A stretch of 63,896 bases of DNA, filler included, from Octopus bimaculoides (taxonomy: Eukaryota): the NCBI RefSeq assembly GCF_001194135.2. It is 6 parts of 6 records of this genome, joined end to end, with 100 filler letters (N's around TTAATTAATTAA, not from the genome) between each part and the next. Parts side by side here need not be neighbours in the genome. Positions count along the whole stretch, not along the records: positions 38,937 to 62,120 come from NC_068985.1; positions 62,221 to 63,896 come from NW_026382764.1; 4 more parts are not named here. One strand, given 5' to 3'. A program made the position numbers and the translations under genes. Of this stretch, positions 60,630 to 63,896 are shown piece after piece (positions within the stretch are counted from its first letter, which is position 1; every line of letters starts with the position of its first letter). Under the pieces are notes generated by a model. The model saw only the letters and a program-made list of their open reading frames with translations. It did no database searches and was not told the origin of the DNA.

Positions 60630-61720
60630 TCGGCATGTTATTGTTGCTGTTGGTGGTGGTTGTGTTGGTGTTGGTGGTGATGATCATGGTGGTGGTTTTG
60701 GTGGTGCTGGTGATGGTGGCGGTAGTGATGATGGCGATGATGATAGTGGTGATGATGGGGGAGGGGATAATAGTGGTGCCGATGATTGTGGCGGCGGCGG
60801 CGGCGGTGGCGGCAGCAGTGGTGGCGGTGGCGGTGCCGACAGTCGTGGTGGTGGTAATGGTGGTGGTGCTTATGGTGATGATGGTAGTGGTGATGATGGT
60901 GGTGGTAATGATAGTGGTGCTGATGATTGTGGCGGTGATGATGGTGGTGGTGGTGGTGGTTGGTGTTGGAGATGGTTGCGGTGGTGGAAGTGATGGTCCG
61001 AATGGTGATAGTGCTGGGTGGGGGGGATAACGTTGACGATGGTGGTGTGGTGGTAGCTATAAAGGATTGATGGAGGANNNNNNNNNNNNNNNNNNNNNNN
61101 NNNNNNNNNNNNNNNNNNNNNNNNNNNNNNNNNNNNNNNNNNNNNNNNNNNNNNNNNNNNNNNNNNNNNNNNNNNNNNNNNNNNNNNNNNNNNNNNNNNN
61201 NNNNNNNNNNNNNNNNNNNNNNNNNNNNNNNNNNNNNNNNNNNNNNNNNNNNNNNNNNNNNNNNNNNNNNNNNNNNNNNNNNNNNNNNNNACGTTTGCGC
61301 TATTGTTGTTGCTGCTGTATTTATTGCGGCTGTTGCTTCCGTAGTTATTTTCATTTTGTTTCTTGGAGACTGTTTTTTTACTCTCTGCCGTTGCTTCTTC
61401 TACCACTGTTGCTGCTGCTCCTGTTGTTTCCGCTGATGCTCTTACCACTACCACTACCACTACTACTACCACTACCGCTCCTGTTACTGTTGCTATAGCT
61501 GCTGCTGCTGCTGCTGCTGCTGCTATTAATCTTTTGTTGATATTATTACTGTTCTTATTCCTCCTGTTTCTGCAGTTGTTGCTGTTTTCGTTATTGTTGC
61601 TCTCACTGCAGCAACAGCAGCAGCTGTTATTGTTGCTGCTGTTGCTGGTGCTGGTGCTGTTCCTGTTCTCATAGCCATTTGTTATGATAATATCCACCTT
61701 GCCTGTTGCCAATGCTCATG
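60630..61720. repeat. Trinucleotide low-complexity tract (GGT/GAT/GCT/GTT)
   Basis: Directly visible; open in several frames on both strands. Confidence 0.85.
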
Positions 61721-61791
61721 CTATCTTAATTTCTCTGGTGGTGGCTAAACTACCCACACCCTCAACCAGCTTACCATCCTACCTACATAGA

Positions 61792-61823
61792 CCTAACCCT
61801 AACCCTAACCCTAACCCTAACCC
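61792..61823. repeat. Interstitial telomere-type (CCCTAA)n, about 5 units
   Basis: CCTAACCCTAACCCTAACCCTAACCCTAACCC. Confidence 0.8.
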
Positions 61824-62224
61824 ACTACATCTGCAGTCCATGCTGCTGTTGTAATTGTGGCTAGCCCTCCCCACGTTTTTTTTTCTTTTTTTTGTTATTG
61901 TTGTTATCTTTGCTATTGAATGTTGTTGTATTTCACATTGTTGCTAGTTTGAGGGTAACTGGATGGGAGAGAATTTTTGGATAAACGAAATGTCAGAATA
62001 TACACACAGATGCAGACGCGCATACGCAGACACATGTAAACAAACACGCATCTATATATATATATATATATATAGATAGATAGATAGATGTGTGAATACA
62101 TACATTCATACATATGTATANNNNNNNNNNNNNNNNNNNNNNNNNNNNNNNNNNNNNNNNNNNNTTAATTAATTAANNNNNNNNNNNNNNNNNNNNNNNN
62201 NNNNNNNNNNNNNNNNNNNNCTAC

Positions 62225-62420
62225 ACACACGTGTGTGTATGCAAGACAGCTGGCATTGGCATGTTTACATTCCCGTAAGGTAGCAGTTCGACAAAGACAC
62301 CGATAGAATAAGAAGGCTTTAAAAAATAACGATTGGTTGATCTGTTCGACTAAAGCCGTTGAAGCCGGTGCTCCAGCATGACCGCAGTTCAATGACTAAA
62401 ACAAATAGAAAGAAAAAAGA
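62225..62420 (+). mobile_element. SINE family B, 3' half
   Basis: GCAGTTCGACAAAGACACCGATAGAATAAG...GGTGCTCCAGCATGACCGCAG. Confidence 0.75.
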
Positions 62421-62514
62421 AACAAGATGCTTCTTGTTGTTTAATTTTGGGTTAGTCCTGTTCCAGTAGATTTAAGTTTAAAAACGTTTCAACTGGTTCC
62501 ACAAAAAATGATAA

Positions 62515-63100
62515 TGATCCTTTCTACTAGAAACACAAGAATTTGAACTCGGAACTCGGCAACAGACGAAATACCACTAAGCATTTCACTCGGTGTGCTA
62601 ACAACGGTGCTAACGATTCTTTCAGATCGCTGCCTTTTATGGTTCAAATTTTGGCACAAGGCCAGCAATTTTAGAGGCAGGGTAAGTGATAACACTGACC
62701 ACAGTATTTCACTGGTACTTATTTCATTGATTCCGAAAGGGTGAATGGTAAAGTCGACCTCGGAGGCATTTGAACTCAGAAGTCAAGGACGGACGAAATG
62801 CCGCCAAATATTTTGCCCAGTGTACTAAAGATTCTGTCTGCTCGCAGACTTAATAATAGAAATAAGGTTTCAAATTTTGGCATAAGGCCAGCAAGTTCGG
62901 TGGAAAGGTTGAGTCAATTACAACGACTCCAGTGTTCGACTGGTACTTAATTTATCGACTCCGAAACGATGAATGGTAAAATCGATCACAGTGGCACTTG
63001 AATTCAGAACGCAAATGCGGACGAACGTTCAACTGGGAATCATTTTCATCGGCACCGGAAGGATAAAAAGTAAAGCCAATCATGGCGGAATTTCAAAGGA
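62515..63100 (-). mobile_element. Head-to-tail cluster of three or more SINE family A copies and fragments
   Basis: Repeated TTTGAACTC(A/G)GAA B-box region and CTGGTACTTA...GAAAG...GGTAAA(G/A)TCGA core at about 62545, 62770 and 63000. Confidence 0.78.
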
Positions 63101-63774
63101 CCGTAAGAAATGTTACTACGAAGTCAAAACAATTAAAAAAATTTGGGTATCCTCTTAATTATGCCGAACGAATTCGTAAATAGTTAAAATTCACTTATTA
63201 AATGTCATTAAATGGAAGTTAATTTAATATTCTCTTCGGTTAAATATTTTCAAATTTATCTTTTATTATTTTTTAGGAATATTTCCAGTTTGTATATTAT
63301 TATTATTATTGTAATTTATTGGTGGTTATTTTTCTGGTAATCCGTCCTATTAAGATTGTTTAAGACACATGAAATTTGTAACGTATTCATAAAAGTGTGG
63401 CAATTTGACTATGATTTATTTGTAGGCATTTCCAAGCTGCTTCAACGACTTCTTTATTAAATTAAAATAAAAGTGTTGTTATTAAAAATGTTAAATCTTT
63501 TAATAAATAATAACAAAACGCCAATGGTTTTAAATTACGTTTAGCAAGTCAACAAATAAAATTAAAACAAATATTTCCAGCCTTTAGGATAAAAAAAATT
63601 CATAAAATTTCACTGAAAATTCTTGCAAGATAAATAAAGTTTGCAAAATATAACTTACATTTTAGGATTCTACAAATTCTAAATGGAAACGAAAGAGATT
63701 TGTAGCACAGCTTGTTTAATGTATAATGCAACAACAATGGCGGCGATGATTTCTAGTTTGCTATGTCAGACATT

Positions 63775-63890
63775 TGGGAGCATTGCTAGGCGAATTAGCA
63801 GTGTCAATAGAGTGTCAGGCAAAATATCTCACGTTATTTGTGATGATGACACTCAGAGTTCAAATCCAACTGAAGTCGACTTTGCTTTTT
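63775..63890 (+). mobile_element. SINE family A, 5' part
   Basis: GAGTTCAAATCCAACTGAAGTCGACTTTGC, then a T-run at the window edge. Confidence 0.7.
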
Positions 63891-63896
63891 TTTTTT

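Noticed and set aside
60578-61712. Gly/Asp-, Val/Met- and His-rich ORFs of 120-280 aa
   Set aside because: The trinucleotide low-complexity tract is open in many frames, with no splice or domain support.

Overview
AT-rich, microsatellite-rich eukaryotic genomic DNA with many assembly gaps. The SINE families and repeat landscape suggest a coleoid cephalopod, probably Octopus (inference). No prokaryotic features and no intact protein-coding gene were found. Most of the window is transposon debris: a Helitron Rep/PIF1 fragment, a near full-length RTE LINE split by a complete Ty3/Gypsy LTR element, CR1-, R4- and HERO-type LINE fragments, a Penelope GIY-YIG fragment, a hAT element, fold-back mariner derivatives, a piggyBac-type MITE and over 20 SINE copies. 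One host locus is visible: a multi-exon, minus-strand IL-17-receptor-like gene (about 27.0-32.3 kb) with frameshifts and stops, so probably a pseudogene. The most interesting signals are a short (TA)n-associated repeat, in three copies, that folds as a minimal type I hammerhead ribozyme with an A6U core variant; the IL-17R-like locus; mariner elements with long inverted arms; and a tandem array of 72-nt tRNA-like units with oligo-T terminators. Most ORFs in the supplied track are microsatellite or N-run artefacts. Boundaries were read by eye and are approximate unless a splice site, LTR edge, TIR or TSD is quoted.
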